DNA of 46,939 nt from Nitrospira sp. (GCA_035310605.1 DATGEA010000257.1:1-46939); one strand, 5' to 3'; numbered from the stretch's first letter, positions 28,191 to 38,593 are shown. Notes: generated by a model not told the origin, from the letters alone. A program made the numbers and translations.

Positions 28191-28861
28191 TAGTCCGCCT
28201 TCAGCATATACCCGCTGCCGCGGATGGTATGAATGAGCTTCTTCGCCCGTCCCCGGTCGATCTTATTGCGGAGATAATTCACGTAGACATCGATGACATT
28301 CGTGAAGGTGTCAAAGTCCTGATTCCATACGTGCTCGGAGATCATGGGGCGTGTGAGGACACGTCCGGCGTGGCGCATCAGGTATTCCAGCAGTGCGTAC
28401 TCTTTCAGGGTCAAATCAATGCGCTGGCCGTCCCTCGTGACCTCGCGCGTGGCGGGGTTCAAGATCAAGTCGTCGATCTGCAGGACGCCCGGGCTGTCGG
28501 CTGCGCCGCGGCGGAGCAGCGCGCGCACCCGGGCCAGGAGTTCATCGATGGCGAACGGTTTGGTCAGGTAATCGTCGGCTCCGGCATCGAGACCCTTCAC
28601 TCTTTGGTCGACCTGGGACTGTGCGGTCAGGATGAGGATGGGTGTCTGAATGCGTTCGCGGCGGATGCCTTTGACGATGTCCAGCCCGGAAAGCGACGGC
28701 AGCATGAGATCGACGACGATCGAGTCGTAGTTGGTGGCGAGGGCCATCTCCAGTCCCTTGGCCCCGTCTTCGCACAGGTCGACGGCGTAGCTCTCCTCCT
28801 CAAGCGCCCGCTTGATGAAGCAACCCACTTTGGTTTCGTCTTCGATAACCAGGATACGCAT
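28190..28861 (-). CDS. OmpR-family response regulator (CusR/CzcR-like)
   Basis: MRILVIEDE, DLMLP, GADDYLTKPF, winged-helix IHTIRGSGY. Confidence 0.96.
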   Translation of the reverse strand: MRILVIEDETKVGCFIKRALEEESYAVDLCEDGAKGLEMALATNYDSIVVDLMLPSLSGLDIVKGIRRERIQTPILILTAQSQVDQRVKGLDAGADDYLTKPFAIDELLARVRALLRRGAADSPGVLQIDDLILNPATREVTRDGQRIDLTLKEYALLEYLMRHAGRVLTRPMISEHVWNQDFDTFTNVIDVYVNYLRNKIDRGRAKKLIHTIRGSGYMLKAD

Positions 28862-29084
28862 GGTGGCGATGGAGGATTATAGCAAACATACGGCTGTCGA
28901 TTTCCAGTAAGTGGCCGGGTCGGCTGCCTGGTGCATCGCATCCCGCCGGGCGCAGGGCTCGGATAGCCGGCCGGAATTGCGGAAGATCTCCGCTTGGAGA
29001 ATGGGGGGGAAGCATGATAATCTTCGAACGCAGCGCCGGCGGGGCGGCGCACACCACCGAACTCAGAAGGCGAATCACACTGTC

Positions 29085-31973
29085 ATGGGCACTCCTGAAT
29101 TTCTAAATCCGACCGATACCTTTATTCATCGCCATCTTGGCCCCAGCGAAGCCGACATGCGTGAGATGCTTGCGCTGCTGGGCCTTCAATCGTTACAGGC
29201 GCTGAGCGATGCGACGGTGCCGCGCGACATTCAGATCGGGCGGGCGCTGGACCTTCCCGCTCATCGTGGCGAGCAATCAGTGCTCCAGGAATTGCGCGGT
29301 CTTGCCGATGAGAATCGGATATATCGGTCCTTCATCGGCACGGGTTATTACGATTGCATGACGCCGGGCGTGATCCAACGAAACATACTCGAAAACCCCG
29401 GATGGTACACACAGTACACGCCCTACCAGGCAGAAATTTCGCAAGGGCGACTGGAAGCCCTGGTCAATTTTCAGACCATGGTCACGGACCTGACAGGCCT
29501 GCCCTTGGCGAACGCCTCGCTCCTGGATGAGGCCACTGCCGCGGCGGAAGCCATGACCATGTGCGTCGCGATCGCCCGAAGCGCCGGGCAGGAACGCAAG
29601 TCGTTCTTTATTTCGCAGGACTGCCATCCTCAGACGATTGCAGTGATGCAGACGAGGGCGGAACCGCTGGGAATGACGCTGCATGTGGGACGGACCAAGA
29701 CGATTGATTTTGGGAACCCTCAGTTGAGCGGGATTCTCCTGCAATACCCGACCACCGACGGATATGTGGGCGACTATAGTGCCATTGTCGAGCAGGCTCA
29801 CAAGGCCGGAATTCTCGTGGCCGTCGCCACCGATCTGCTTGCGCTCACGCTCCTGCGTCCCCCGGGCGAATTCGGCGCCGACATCGCACTGGGCTCCAGC
29901 CAGCGGTTCGGAGTGCCGATGGGGTTCGGTGGCCCTCATGCGGCGTTTCTGGCGACGAAGGAAGAGTATAAGCGGCAAATGCCCGGACGCATCGTGGGGG
30001 TGTCAAAAGACCGCACGGGCAAGACAGCATACCGGCTGGCGTTGCAAACCCGGGAGCAGCACATCAGGCGGGAAAAGGCGACAAGCAACATCTGCACGGC
30101 GCAAGTCCTGTTGGCGATTATGGCCAGCATGTACGCCGTTTACCACGGGCCCGAGGGGTTGCGTCGGATTGCCGCGCGCGTTCACGGATTGGCGGTGCTG
30201 CTGGCCGCCGGGCTGCGCCAGCTGGGATTTGAGGTCGGGAGCGAAGAATTATTCGACACGGTTCGCGTCCGCGTGACCAAGACTCAGTGCGAACAGATTC
30301 TCATTCGGGCCGATGAAGCGGGGATCAATCTTCGTCGACATGAAGATGATTCACTCGGTGTGTCGTTGGACGAAGTGACGACGGAGGATGACGTCCGGCG
30401 GCTGATGGAAATCTTTGTCGGTCACGAACGGTTGCCGTTCACGGTTCAGGATCTGAGCCGGACCGTCAGGACCAACTTTCCTGCCAATCTGGCGCGAACC
30501 AGTCCATATCTGACGCACGAGGTCTTCAATCGCTATCATGCCGAACATGAGATGTTGCGGTATCTGTATCGTCTCCAATCGCGGGATCTCTCGCTGACCC
30601 ATTCCATGATTCCGCTCGGATCCTGCACGATGAAGCTCAATGCGACTGCGGAGATGCTGCCCGTATCCTGGCCGCAATTTGCCCGTCTGCATCCGTTTGC
30701 TCCGGCTGAACAGACCAAGGGATATCAGGAATTGTTTCGTCAGCTGGAATCCTGGCTGGCTGAGATCACAGGGTTCTCCGCCGTCTCGTTGCAGCCGAAC
30801 GCGGGATCTCAGGGCGAGTATAGCGGGCTGAGGGTCATTCGAGCGTATCACTGGAGCCACGGGGAATTTCATCGGGACGTCTGCCTCATTCCCGTATCGG
30901 CACACGGGACGAATCCGGCCAGCGCAGCGATGGTGGGCATGACCGTCGTCCCGGTGGCTTGCGATAAACAGGGCAACGTCGATTTGACGGATCTCGAAGC
31001 CAAGGCGACCCAGCATCGCGATCGTCTGGCGGCGTTGATGCTGACCTACCCTTCGACTCACGGGGTCTTCGAAGCGGATGTGCGGCGCCTCTGCCAGATC
31101 GTGCACACTCATGGGGGCCAGGTGTACATGGACGGCGCGAACATGAATGCGCAGGTGGGCCTGTGCCGTCCCGGAGACATCGGGGCGGATGTCTGCCATC
31201 TTAACCTGCACAAGACGTTTTGTATTCCCCACGGAGGCGGCGGACCCGGCATGGGCCCCATCGCCGTCGCCCGTCATCTGGCACCGTTTCTTCCCGGCCA
31301 TCCGGTGACGCATCTAGGCGGCGCTGAATCCATCGGACCGGTGTCGGCGGCGCCGTACGGCAGTCCGAGCATCCTGACGATTTCCTGGGTGTATATCGCG
31401 CTGATGGGTCGAGACGGATTGACCAAGGCCACTCAGGTCGCGATTTTGAACGCGAACTACATGGCCAAGCGGCTGGAGAAGTACTATCCGATTCTGTATA
31501 CGGGGACGACCGGCTTGGTCGCGCACGAGTTCATTCTCGATCTCCGTCAGTTCAAAGAAAGTGCCGGCGTGGAGGCGATGGACGTGGCGAAGCGATTAAT
31601 GGATTACGGTTTCCATGCCCCGACCGTATCGTTTCCAGTTGCGGGAACGTTGATGGTCGAACCGACTGAAAGTGAGTCGAAAGCCGAGCTCGACCGGTTT
31701 TGCGATGCGATGATTCTCATTCGTGCGGAGATCCAGGACATCGTCGACGGTCGCCAGCCCCGTGCGAACAATCTGCTGAAGAATGCCCCGCACACAGCTC
31801 AGCTCGTCACCGGCTCCGAATGGGATCGCCCCTACAGCCGGGAGCAGGCCGCCTACCCGGCTCCGTGGGTGAAAGAGGACAAGTTCTGGCCGCATGTCAG
31901 CCGGATCGATGAAGCGTACGGGGACCGCCATTTGATTTGTACCTGCCCCCCGATGGAGAGCTATTCCGGTTAG
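29085..31973 (+). CDS. gcvP: Glycine dehydrogenase (decarboxylating), single-chain P protein
   Basis: [42 protein letters not shown] (PLP lysine); start ATG 29085. Confidence 0.98.
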   Translation: MGTPEFLNPTDTFIHRHLGPSEADMREMLALLGLQSLQALSDATVPRDIQIGRALDLPAHRGEQSVLQELRGLADENRIYRSFIGTGYYDCMTPGVIQRNILENPGWYTQYTPYQAEISQGRLEALVNFQTMVTDLTGLPLANASLLDEATAAAEAMTMCVAIARSAGQERKSFFISQDCHPQTIAVMQTRAEPLGMTLHVGRTKTIDFGNPQLSGILLQYPTTDGYVGDYSAIVEQAHKAGILVAVATDLLALTLLRPPGEFGADIALGSSQRFGVPMGFGGPHAAFLATKEEYKRQMPGRIVGVSKDRTGKTAYRLALQTREQHIRREKATSNICTAQVLLAIMASMYAVYHGPEGLRRIAARVHGLAVLLAAGLRQLGFEVGSEELFDTVRVRVTKTQCEQILIRADEAGINLRRHEDDSLGVSLDEVTTEDDVRRLMEIFVGHERLPFTVQDLSRTVRTNFPANLARTSPYLTHEVFNRYHAEHEMLRYLYRLQSRDLSLTHSMIPLGSCTMKLNATAEMLPVSWPQFARLHPFAPAEQTKGYQELFRQLESWLAEITGFSAVSLQPNAGSQGEYSGLRVIRAYHWSHGEFHRDVCLIPVSAHGTNPASAAMVGMTVVPVACDKQGNVDLTDLEAKATQHRDRLAALMLTYPSTHGVFEADVRRLCQIVHTHGGQVYMDGANMNAQVGLCRPGDIGADVCHLNLHKTFCIPHGGGGPGMGPIAVARHLAPFLPGHPVTHLGGAESIGPVSAAPYGSPSILTISWVYIALMGRDGLTKATQVAILNANYMAKRLEKYYPILYTGTTGLVAHEFILDLRQFKESAGVEAMDVAKRLMDYGFHAPTVSFPVAGTLMVEPTESESKAELDRFCDAMILIRAEIQDIVDGRQPRANNLLKNAPHTAQLVTGSEWDRPYSREQAAYPAPWVKEDKFWPHVSRIDEAYGDRHLICTCPPMESYSG

Positions 31974-32198
31974 CTCAGACGAACTCGCCTCCTCCGCGCA
32001 TTTTGGGGGGGGAACCTGCAACGGCTGACTCTTGTAACCTGCTGATAAGTCTTATAAACTGTCGCAGGAATGGATTCATGGCCCGCAGCGGGCGAGAGCC
32101 GGAATACTGCCCTTCCCCCTCCCTTTGGGGCATTGTGGAACGCCCCCCTCATCAGCGATAAGAGATTCTCACTCACCAGCTGAAGCGAGGGTGCATCC

Positions 32199-32423
32199 AT
32201 GTCTCAAATTCTGAACTTGAGCCAACACACGACTGACGATGAACTCCAGCATCTGACCACCCTCCTTCTGTTTCACCTCGTTGAACGTTGCGGAGGACAA
32301 GTACAGTTTAATCTGGAAGACGCCCAGCGTGTGCGATCCAGTCTGACCACGAAGATGGTGCAGATGCAGGTAGGCGACGAAGTGAGGCTCCGCATCATCG
32401 ATCGCCTCCCTGAACTTCAATAA
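32199..32423 (+). CDS. Small hypothetical protein
   Basis: 74 aa, SD GAGGG, fills the intergenic gap. Confidence 0.65.
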   Translation: MSQILNLSQHTTDDELQHLTTLLLFHLVERCGGQVQFNLEDAQRVRSSLTTKMVQMQVGDEVRLRIIDRLPELQ

Positions 32424-32707
32424 ATTCGATCGTCCATCGCAGCTTCTCTTTTTCGACTGCGGCCACCCCTAGCCGCTGCCTTCCTGCCTGCTGAAACGAC
32501 CATCCTAGGGGATCCGGCGATTCTTCCCCGCTCCGGTTCGTGTCCGTTCTCTATTCTTGGAGAGGAACCGAGTCCCATCCTCATATCCCTGGACGTCATC
32601 CTCGAAGAACTCGATCGCTTGTAGCCAAGGGACTGGTGTGAAAGAATGCCCATCAGGATGCATCACGAGAACTCCGGCCTGCTCACCAGGCATCGCGATT
32701 AGCCGTT

Positions 32708-33118
32708 ATGCTGCACATCTCCTCACACGTCATCATCCCCGACTCTGAAATTGAGATTCATGCGATGCGGTCGCAGGGGGCCGGTGGACAGCATGTCAAC
32801 AAGGTTTCTTCTGCCGTTCATTTACGGTTTGATATCGGCGCTTCCTCGCTTCCGCCTTTTTACAAGGAAGAGCTGCTGAAACTACGAGACAACCGTATCT
32901 CTGAAGACGGCGTGGTTACGATTAAGGCACAACAGTATCGGAGCCAGGAGCAGAACCGGGAGGATGCACTCGAGAGATTACGGGCGCTCATTCAGAGCGT
33001 GGCGGTCCCTCGCAAGAAGCGAAAGGCCACGAAACCGACAAAGAGTTCTCAGAATAGACGGGTCGAGAGTAAGAAGAAGGCAGGACGACTGAAGGCGTTA
33101 CGCAGGTCGATTGAGTAA
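32708..33118 (+). CDS. arfB: Alternative ribosome rescue factor B
   Basis: RSQGAGGQHVNK (GGQ), RSQEQNREDA, basic C-terminal tail. Confidence 0.96.
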   Translation: MLHISSHVIIPDSEIEIHAMRSQGAGGQHVNKVSSAVHLRFDIGASSLPPFYKEELLKLRDNRISEDGVVTIKAQQYRSQEQNREDALERLRALIQSVAVPRKKRKATKPTKSSQNRRVESKKKAGRLKALRRSIE

Positions 33119-33133
33119 TTTCCGCCCTCGATT

Positions 33134-33182
33134 GTTCAAAGAGGCTATCCAGCAAGGCCACAGAGAGTGAAGAGCCGAGGCG
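33134..33182. repeat. Partial inverted copy of the 11711-11820 repeat
   Basis: 39 of 49 positions identical, ungapped, to the reverse complement of the right part of the first copy (hand count). Confidence 0.75.
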
Positions 33183-33189
33183 GGAGCCG

Positions 33190-33969
33190 TCACTCGACCG
33201 AGGCCAGTGATCCCAGTATGTGATACCCGCCGTCCACGTAGATCACTTCGCCTGTAATTCCCCGTCCGAGCGAACTGACGAGAAATAGCGCGGTGTCGCC
33301 GACTTCGCCTTGTTCGGTGGCGCGGCGGAGCGGGGCGAACTCTTTATGGTGATCGACCATCTTGCTGATCCCGGAAACGCCTCGGGCGGCGAGGGTCTTG
33401 ATCGGCCCGGCGGAAATTGCGTTCACGCGGATGTTCTTCGGGCCAAGGTCGTGGGCCAGATAGCGGACGGTGGCTTCGAGTGCGGCCTTGGCAACACCCA
33501 TCACATTGTAATGAGGGACGACCCGTTCCGCGCCGAGATAGGTCATCGTGACCACAGAGCCTCCATCGGTCATCAAGGGTAAGGCGGCTCTCGTGACGGC
33601 GACGAGCGAATAGGCGCTGACATCGAGGGCGGTCGAGAAACCTTTGCGGGTGGTGTTGATGAACTGGCCCGTGAGTTCCTCGCGCGGGGCAAAGGCGATG
33701 GAGTGGACCAGAAAGTCGAGCTTGCCGGCTTCCTTCCCGACATTGGTCATCAAGGCGTCGATCTGGGCGTCGTCCCCGGCGTCGCAGGGAAATGCCTTTG
33801 AGCCTGGGAGTGTGCCCGCCAGCTCCTCGACATTTTCCTTCAAGCGCTCATTCTGATAGTTGAAGAAGAGGTGAGCTCCCTGCCCGGCTGCGGACTGGGC
33901 GATGGCCCAGGCAATGCTGTGCTTGTTTGCCACGCCGATGATGAGTCCCTTTTTCCCTTCTAATAGCAT
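33190..33969 (-). CDS. fabI: Enoyl-ACP reductase
   Basis: [44 protein letters not shown]. Confidence 0.97.
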   Translation of the reverse strand: MLLEGKKGLIIGVANKHSIAWAIAQSAAGQGAHLFFNYQNERLKENVEELAGTLPGSKAFPCDAGDDAQIDALMTNVGKEAGKLDFLVHSIAFAPREELTGQFINTTRKGFSTALDVSAYSLVAVTRAALPLMTDGGSVVTMTYLGAERVVPHYNVMGVAKAALEATVRYLAHDLGPKNIRVNAISAGPIKTLAARGVSGISKMVDHHKEFAPLRRATEQGEVGDTALFLVSSLGRGITGEVIYVDGGYHILGSLASVE

Positions 33970-34033
33970 GGTCTATATGGCTCCTTGATCAAGACCTGGT
34001 GAGCAATGCGCGAGAAGATACCATGATTCGGCG

Positions 34034-34579
34034 TCACTGTGAACCGACTTCCTTGCGAAGCATTCGAAAAGCCGAAAGCATGGCCTCGTAAGAGTGATGG
34101 GCATTGCGCCCGCTCGGATTCGGCAGCAGAAAGACCGGGACGCCGGAGAGCCGTGCGCTTGTTGGACCGAGATCAAGTGGGCCCGAGCCTCGTCTCTCTC
34201 CCGAGAAGAGCATTCGGAATATCGTCACCCCTAACAAGGCCACAATCCGTGGCTGATAGCGGAGAACTTTCCGCTCCAGTGCCACAATCCCGGCGCGATA
34301 TTCGGTTGGGTCGAGAACGTCGATGCCGGCGCTTGTACGGCTGATGATATTGGTGAGCCCCAGACCCCATTCGGGCAGTCGCCAGTCCTCCCGATAGGTG
34401 AGCGGTGCGTTGACCAATCTGGATTCGTAAAGAAGTTTCCAGAAACGATTGGAGTGGCCGGCAAAATGGTGCCCGAGTTCAGCTGATCTGAGCCCGGGGT
34501 TAATGCCGACGAACAGGACGAGTAAGCCCGGCTGCAGGTGGTCGCGAAGTGCAGGATTGAGTTGGTTCATTGTAGCCAC
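34034..34579 (-). CDS. mug: G/U mismatch-specific DNA glycosylase
   Basis: GINPG, HHFA..NRFW, LPNPSGRN. Start GTG 34579 or ATG 34570. Confidence 0.9.
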   Translation of the reverse strand: MATMNQLNPALRDHLQPGLLVLFVGINPGLRSAELGHHFAGHSNRFWKLLYESRLVNAPLTYREDWRLPEWGLGLTNIISRTSAGIDVLDPTEYRAGIVALERKVLRYQPRIVALLGVTIFRMLFSGERRGSGPLDLGPTSARLSGVPVFLLPNPSGRNAHHSYEAMLSAFRMLRKEVGSQ

Positions 34580-34681
34580 TTCAGTGCAATCGGTCTGGGT
34601 TGAGGCGGTTTAGCCTGGCCCCTGCCATTCTGCCACAGTCTCCAAGGGATCGGTCTAGAAATTGATAGGTGGCCACGCCTC

Positions 34682-34738
34682 TAAGCCACTGATAATACAA
34701 TGTGTCACGATTTCCGGCGATCGGGCACCAAGCTTGCT
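34682..34738 (+). promoter_or_regulatory. sigma-54 promoter with IHF-like site
   Basis: GGCAC-CAAGC-TTGCT at 34724-34738; TAAGCCACTGATA at 34682-34694 (one mismatch to YAANNNNTTGATW). Confidence 0.65.
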
Positions 34739-34798
34739 CAACCTCTGGCAGTGCCCGGTGAGAGGCACACATTTCACAACTACGGGAGGTGACATATT

Positions 34799-34972
34799 AT
34801 GAAGCGCATGTTGATGGCAATCATGGCAGTTGCAGTGGCGGTTTCCTTCAGCGCTCCCGCTTTCGCCGACGAGAAGAAGGGCGAAGAAAAGAAGAAAGAG
34901 GGAAAGGGCGGCCACGTCGTGGTTTACGGTGAAGAGAAGAAAAAGGAAGAAAAGCCGAAGGGCGGCAAGTAA
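34799..34972 (+). CDS. 57-aa secreted Lys/Glu-rich repeat peptide (not in the ORF track)
   Basis: SD GGGAGGTG; MKRMLMAIMAVAVAVSFSAPAFA-DEKKGEEKKKEGKGGHVVVYGEEKKKEEKPKGGK*; hairpin follows. Confidence 0.85.
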   Translation: MKRMLMAIMAVAVAVSFSAPAFADEKKGEEKKKEGKGGHVVVYGEEKKKEEKPKGGK

Positions 34973-35000
34973 TCCCTTTTTGGCGAGGCTAGCTGGCTTG

Positions 35001-35031
35001 AGGGGCCTTCCGCCAAAAGCGGAGGGCTCCT
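35001..35031. terminator. Hairpin between the small peptide gene and the Nudix gene
   Basis: AGGGGCCTTCCGC-CAAAA-GCGGAGGGCTCCT (G-U pairs allowed). Confidence 0.6.
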
Positions 35032-35043
35032 TGGTCGTCCTGC

Positions 35044-35562
35044 TTACCGGTTCCCTCTCCCGATAAACACCGACTGCAACCCCACCATCGTTTTCGCATC
35101 ACGGATCGTCCCCGCGTGAATCATACTCATGGCTTCTGCCAGGGGCATCTCCACGACCTCCAGCACCTCGTCTCGATCCAAATGCTGCCGCCCTTTCGTC
35201 ATGCCGGTGGCCTTATAAATATGGATCACTTCGTCGGTGAAGCCGGGTGCGGTGAAGATGCTCGAAAGCAGCTCTAGCGCGCCGGCCCGGTACCCGATTT
35301 CTTCCTCCAATTCCCGCGCCGCACAGTCCCTGGGATCTTCTCCGGGATGAAGTTTTCCGGCCGGGATCTCATAAATGAACCCTCCGGCGGCATGACGAAA
35401 CTGTTTGATCAGGATGACGGATCCATTTTCCTTCAGCGGAACAATCGCCGCAGCGCCGGGGTGACGGACCATCTCCAGGTCGGTCGTGATGCCGTTCGGC
35501 AGCGTCACGGTATCAATGTTCAGCGTGATGACTCTGCCTTTATAGATGTTCTTAGTGGACAT
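35044..35562 (-). CDS. Nudix hydrolase (ADP-ribose pyrophosphatase NudF-like)
   Basis: HPGAAAIVP, KQFRH, Nudix box EIPAGKLHPGEDPRDCAARELEEEIG, DAKT. Confidence 0.92.
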   Translation of the reverse strand: MSTKNIYKGRVITLNIDTVTLPNGITTDLEMVRHPGAAAIVPLKENGSVILIKQFRHAAGGFIYEIPAGKLHPGEDPRDCAARELEEEIGYRAGALELLSSIFTAPGFTDEVIHIYKATGMTKGRQHLDRDEVLEVVEMPLAEAMSMIHAGTIRDAKTMVGLQSVFIGRGNR

Positions 35563-35665
35563 GGCTAGGGGCAAGAGGTTCGGGGCAAGAGATAGAGAAC
35601 CGGATAACAGTCAGAATTCCTGATCATTATGTTTCCTTTCGCCCCTCGACTGTCGTCTCGTGCCC
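35563..35665. repeat. Oppositely oriented degenerate heptamer arrays
   Basis: GGCTAGG-GGCAAGA-GGTTCGG-GGCAAGA (from 35563) and CCTTTCG-CCCCTCG-ACTGTCG-TCTCGTG (from 35635) flank an AT-richer core. Confidence 0.55.
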
Positions 35666-35673
35666 GCGCAAGG

Positions 35674-36774
35674 CTACGCCTTGCGTTTTTTATAGAACGG
35701 CGGCTTCACGAGAACGGCCGGGAGGATCTTTCCTCGAATCTCGATCGCAACAGTGGTTCCGGTCGCTGCAAAGGACGAAGGGACATAGCCCAGTCCGATC
35801 CCCTTCTGCAGCAGCGGCGAGAAATTGCCGCTGGTGACTTCGCCGATCGGTTGTGAGGTCGAGGGATCGAGGATCTTGAATCCATGGCGAGGCACGGCCT
35901 TCTCCACCAGTTCGAAGGCTACGAATCGGCGGCCCGATCCCGTTTGTGCCTGCGCCTTGAGCGTGTGAGCGCCGATAAAATCGCCTTTCTGAAAGTTAAC
36001 GGTCCAATCGGCCCCTGCTTCGATGGGGGTTGTGTCTTCGCCGATATCGTTGCCGTAGAGGAGATAGCCCATTTCCAAGCGCAGCAGGTCGCGCGCACCG
36101 AGGCCGGCAGGTTTCAGCCCCTGGGTCTCTCCCTTCATCAACAGGTGCTTCCAGAGAGCCACCGCAAGTTCCGCCGGCACGTTGATCTCGTACCCCAATT
36201 CGCCGCTATATCCGGTCCGAGCCACAAAGCAGGGGATACCGGCCAGGCGGCTTTCACAGCTATGGTGCAGTTTGAGCCCGGCGACATTGTCGGCGCCGGC
36301 CGCGAGGAGGATGTCTCGTGAAGCCGGTCCCTGGACGGCGATCTGGGCGAGGGCCGACGTGCGGTCTTCGATCAGACAACGGTCGCCCGGCTTCTTCTGT
36401 TGTGTGATCCAGCCGAGGATCTTTTCACGATTGGAGGCGTTTACGCAGAGCAGATAGTCTGATTCACCCGTCCGATAGACGAAGATGTCGTCTTTGATCC
36501 CGCCGCATTCGTTACAGACCATGGAATAGTGGGCCTGTCCAATGGCGAGTGTTGCGACGTCGTTCGTTGTCACACGCTGGAGGAAGGCGCAGCCTCCCGG
36601 GCCGGAAACCGTGACCCGCCCCATATGGCTGACGTCAAAGAGGCCCGCTTTGGTCCGGACTGTTTGGTATTCGTCGACGACGCTGGCATACTGGATGGGC
36701 ATTTCCCATCCGGCGAAATCGACGAGCTTGGCGCCGTGGGCGCGATGCTGCTCAATGAGCGGAGTGTGTTTCAT
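35674..36774 (-). CDS. gcvT: Glycine cleavage system aminomethyltransferase T
   Basis: FAGWEMPIQY, GLFDVSHMG, RTGYSGELGYE, GLGARDLLRLEMG. Confidence 0.97.
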   Translation of the reverse strand: MKHTPLIEQHRAHGAKLVDFAGWEMPIQYASVVDEYQTVRTKAGLFDVSHMGRVTVSGPGGCAFLQRVTTNDVATLAIGQAHYSMVCNECGGIKDDIFVYRTGESDYLLCVNASNREKILGWITQQKKPGDRCLIEDRTSALAQIAVQGPASRDILLAAGADNVAGLKLHHSCESRLAGIPCFVARTGYSGELGYEINVPAELAVALWKHLLMKGETQGLKPAGLGARDLLRLEMGYLLYGNDIGEDTTPIEAGADWTVNFQKGDFIGAHTLKAQAQTGSGRRFVAFELVEKAVPRHGFKILDPSTSQPIGEVTSGNFSPLLQKGIGLGYVPSSFAATGTTVAIEIRGKILPAVLVKPPFYKKRKA

Positions 36775-36882
36775 AGTGTTCCTGCAGTCAAGCTGACATG
36801 GCATCGGGCCGACAAGAACAGGGGCCGGAGAAATGAAGAGCTTCCGGTTGTCGGTCTGTCGGCTTGCCTCTTGTCTGCGTCG

Positions 36883-37251
36883 TTACGCGCCGAGTAATTC
36901 AACTTCGAAGATGAGCGTCGCATTGGGGGGAATCACACCGCCGGCTCCGCGCGCGCCATATCCCAGGTTCGACGGGATGATCAATTTCCGTTTGCCGCCG
37001 ACATTCATGCCCTGCACGCCTTCGTCCCATCCCTTGATAACGCGGCCGGCTCCCAGGGGAAAGGAGAAGGGCTGACCCCGGTCCACGGAACTGTCGAACT
37101 TGTTCCCGTTTTCCAGCCAGCCGGTATAGTGCACGCTGACGGTCTGCCCGGCCTGAGCGGTCGGTCCTGCTCCGACCGTGAGGTCGATATATTGCAACCC
37201 CGACGAGGTCGTCACTTCTGTGCCTCCTGGTCCGGCTTCTTCAAACGGCAT
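36883..37251 (-). CDS. FKBP-type peptidyl-prolyl isomerase
   Basis: [35 protein letters not shown]; SD AAAGGAG before ATG 37251. Confidence 0.95.
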   Translation of the reverse strand: MPFEEAGPGGTEVTTSSGLQYIDLTVGAGPTAQAGQTVSVHYTGWLENGNKFDSSVDRGQPFSFPLGAGRVIKGWDEGVQGMNVGGKRKLIIPSNLGYGARGAGGVIPPNATLIFEVELLGA

Positions 37252-37351
37252 GTCCGCTCCTTTTTTGATTGGTGGTATGGTTTGGAATGATTGTCCAGGG
37301 GTGTGTTTGCCTATGAACGAGAAATGGCGCCTCCGCCTGACCCCCGATAGG

Positions 37352-38575
37352 TCATTGGGGTTCCTTGTAGTCGTCCGGCTGTGAGAAAATCGCCACGCTG
37401 GCCGTGTAACCGTGGAGGAAATTGCGGCCTCCCACCGGGCCGATCTCTCCTTGGGCGAAGAATCCCGCGACGGGAATTTGCCCCATCCGTTCCTGTACAA
37501 CGCTGCTGTCGTGATGCGTATGGCCGAAGAGTCCTTCCCCTCTGCCGCAGCAGCTAAAGAGGAGGGCGCCGAGCGGCCGGTTGTGGTGCTTGGTACGGTC
37601 CGCCGCGAGGAGAAAATGTAAGTCTTCACTGGCGGATTTGGCATCACGAAGTTGAAATTGAAGGGTCTGGCCCTCCTGGACGATGTCGCCGATGGCGATC
37701 GCACCGGCTTGCTGGTCTGCGCCGACGAGATTGCGTACGAGAAAATCGCCGCGTTCAAACCGGTTCCGATGCTCATCGATGACGATTCCGACGTGCAATG
37801 CGCGATGGGCATCCCGCCGCTGAGGTCCTTCCAGAGATTCGAAGACGTCCTGTAGGCGTTGTAGTGCCGGTTGGCCGCCGAGTTCGTAGACCATGTTCTG
37901 CTCGGCTTTGGTGACGACGTAACGCTCGCCGATGGGGGAGCATCCTTGGGAGATCACCGTCCGGACTGCGACGGGGCCTGAGAGCTGTACTCCGACCAGT
38001 CCTCCGTCAAAGACCAGCTCGTTTCGAATGAGACGATTTTCTCCGGCGCCATGACCTCCGCCTGCCAGACCGCCGACGGCTTTCCCGTTGGGATAGCGTT
38101 CGGCCATGACCGACAATACATCGTGAACCGGCGTGGTAAAGGGATCGGCCAGGAGAATAAACGTGCTGGGCTCTGTGGTCGGCTCAGGCCAGCCCGCCAT
38201 TTGGATTTGGTCTTGTGTCTGGGAGAAAGCCAGCCTGAGCGGGACCAGACGGACCTGAGGCAGGCAGGCCACCCAGAGTGTCAGTGCGGCAGCGGTTTCC
38301 AGTTCTTCGGCGCCGGCGATAATTCCCTCGCCGGAGCATCCCAAGCAGACATCCACAGACAGCTCCTCGCGAATCATCGTCGCGATGAGGCCCGCTTTGT
38401 CCGCGTGGTGTGCGGAGAAAAATACAAAAGCCAGGTCGGGCGATGCCTTACCGATCTGCACCCGAATGGCATCGGCAAGGTCTCGTACGGCCGCTTCAGT
38501 GTCCGTCTTGCGCGAGAGCGCCGAAGCGAATTGCAGCGCCGTGGAGGTGTTGCTCTGTGCCGGTTGGGTGATCAT
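37352..38575 (-). CDS. FIST N/C-domain signal transduction protein
   Basis: [47 protein letters not shown]. Confidence 0.92.
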   Translation of the reverse strand: MITQPAQSNTSTALQFASALSRKTDTEAAVRDLADAIRVQIGKASPDLAFVFFSAHHADKAGLIATMIREELSVDVCLGCSGEGIIAGAEELETAAALTLWVACLPQVRLVPLRLAFSQTQDQIQMAGWPEPTTEPSTFILLADPFTTPVHDVLSVMAERYPNGKAVGGLAGGGHGAGENRLIRNELVFDGGLVGVQLSGPVAVRTVISQGCSPIGERYVVTKAEQNMVYELGGQPALQRLQDVFESLEGPQRRDAHRALHVGIVIDEHRNRFERGDFLVRNLVGADQQAGAIAIGDIVQEGQTLQFQLRDAKSASEDLHFLLAADRTKHHNRPLGALLFSCCGRGEGLFGHTHHDSSVVQERMGQIPVAGFFAQGEIGPVGGRNFLHGYTASVAIFSQPDDYKEPQ

Positions 38576-38593
38576 CCGCTCACTCTCACGTCG

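Noticed and set aside
28960-29084. Possible glycine riboswitch upstream of gcvP (GGAGA..CGCCG..GAACTCAG)
   Set aside because: Lacks the conserved CCGAAG and CTCTCAGG cores and a convincing P1 stem. Nothing similar upstream of gcvT. An Rfam RF00504 search would settle it.
32424-32707. Short ORFs on both strands between the 74-aa gene and arfB
   Set aside because: No clear SD, start or recognisable motif; cannot choose a frame. May be a decayed gene.
17285-36774. One-carbon gene cluster (trmFO, purU, gcvP, gcvT)
   Set aside because: The genes are spread over about 20 kb in separate transcription units on both strands and gcvH is absent, so there is no evidence of a unit.
37252-37812. N-terminal extension of the FKBP ORF to 309 aa
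   Set aside because: Overlaps the FIST gene in another frame; a strong SD precedes ATG 37251.
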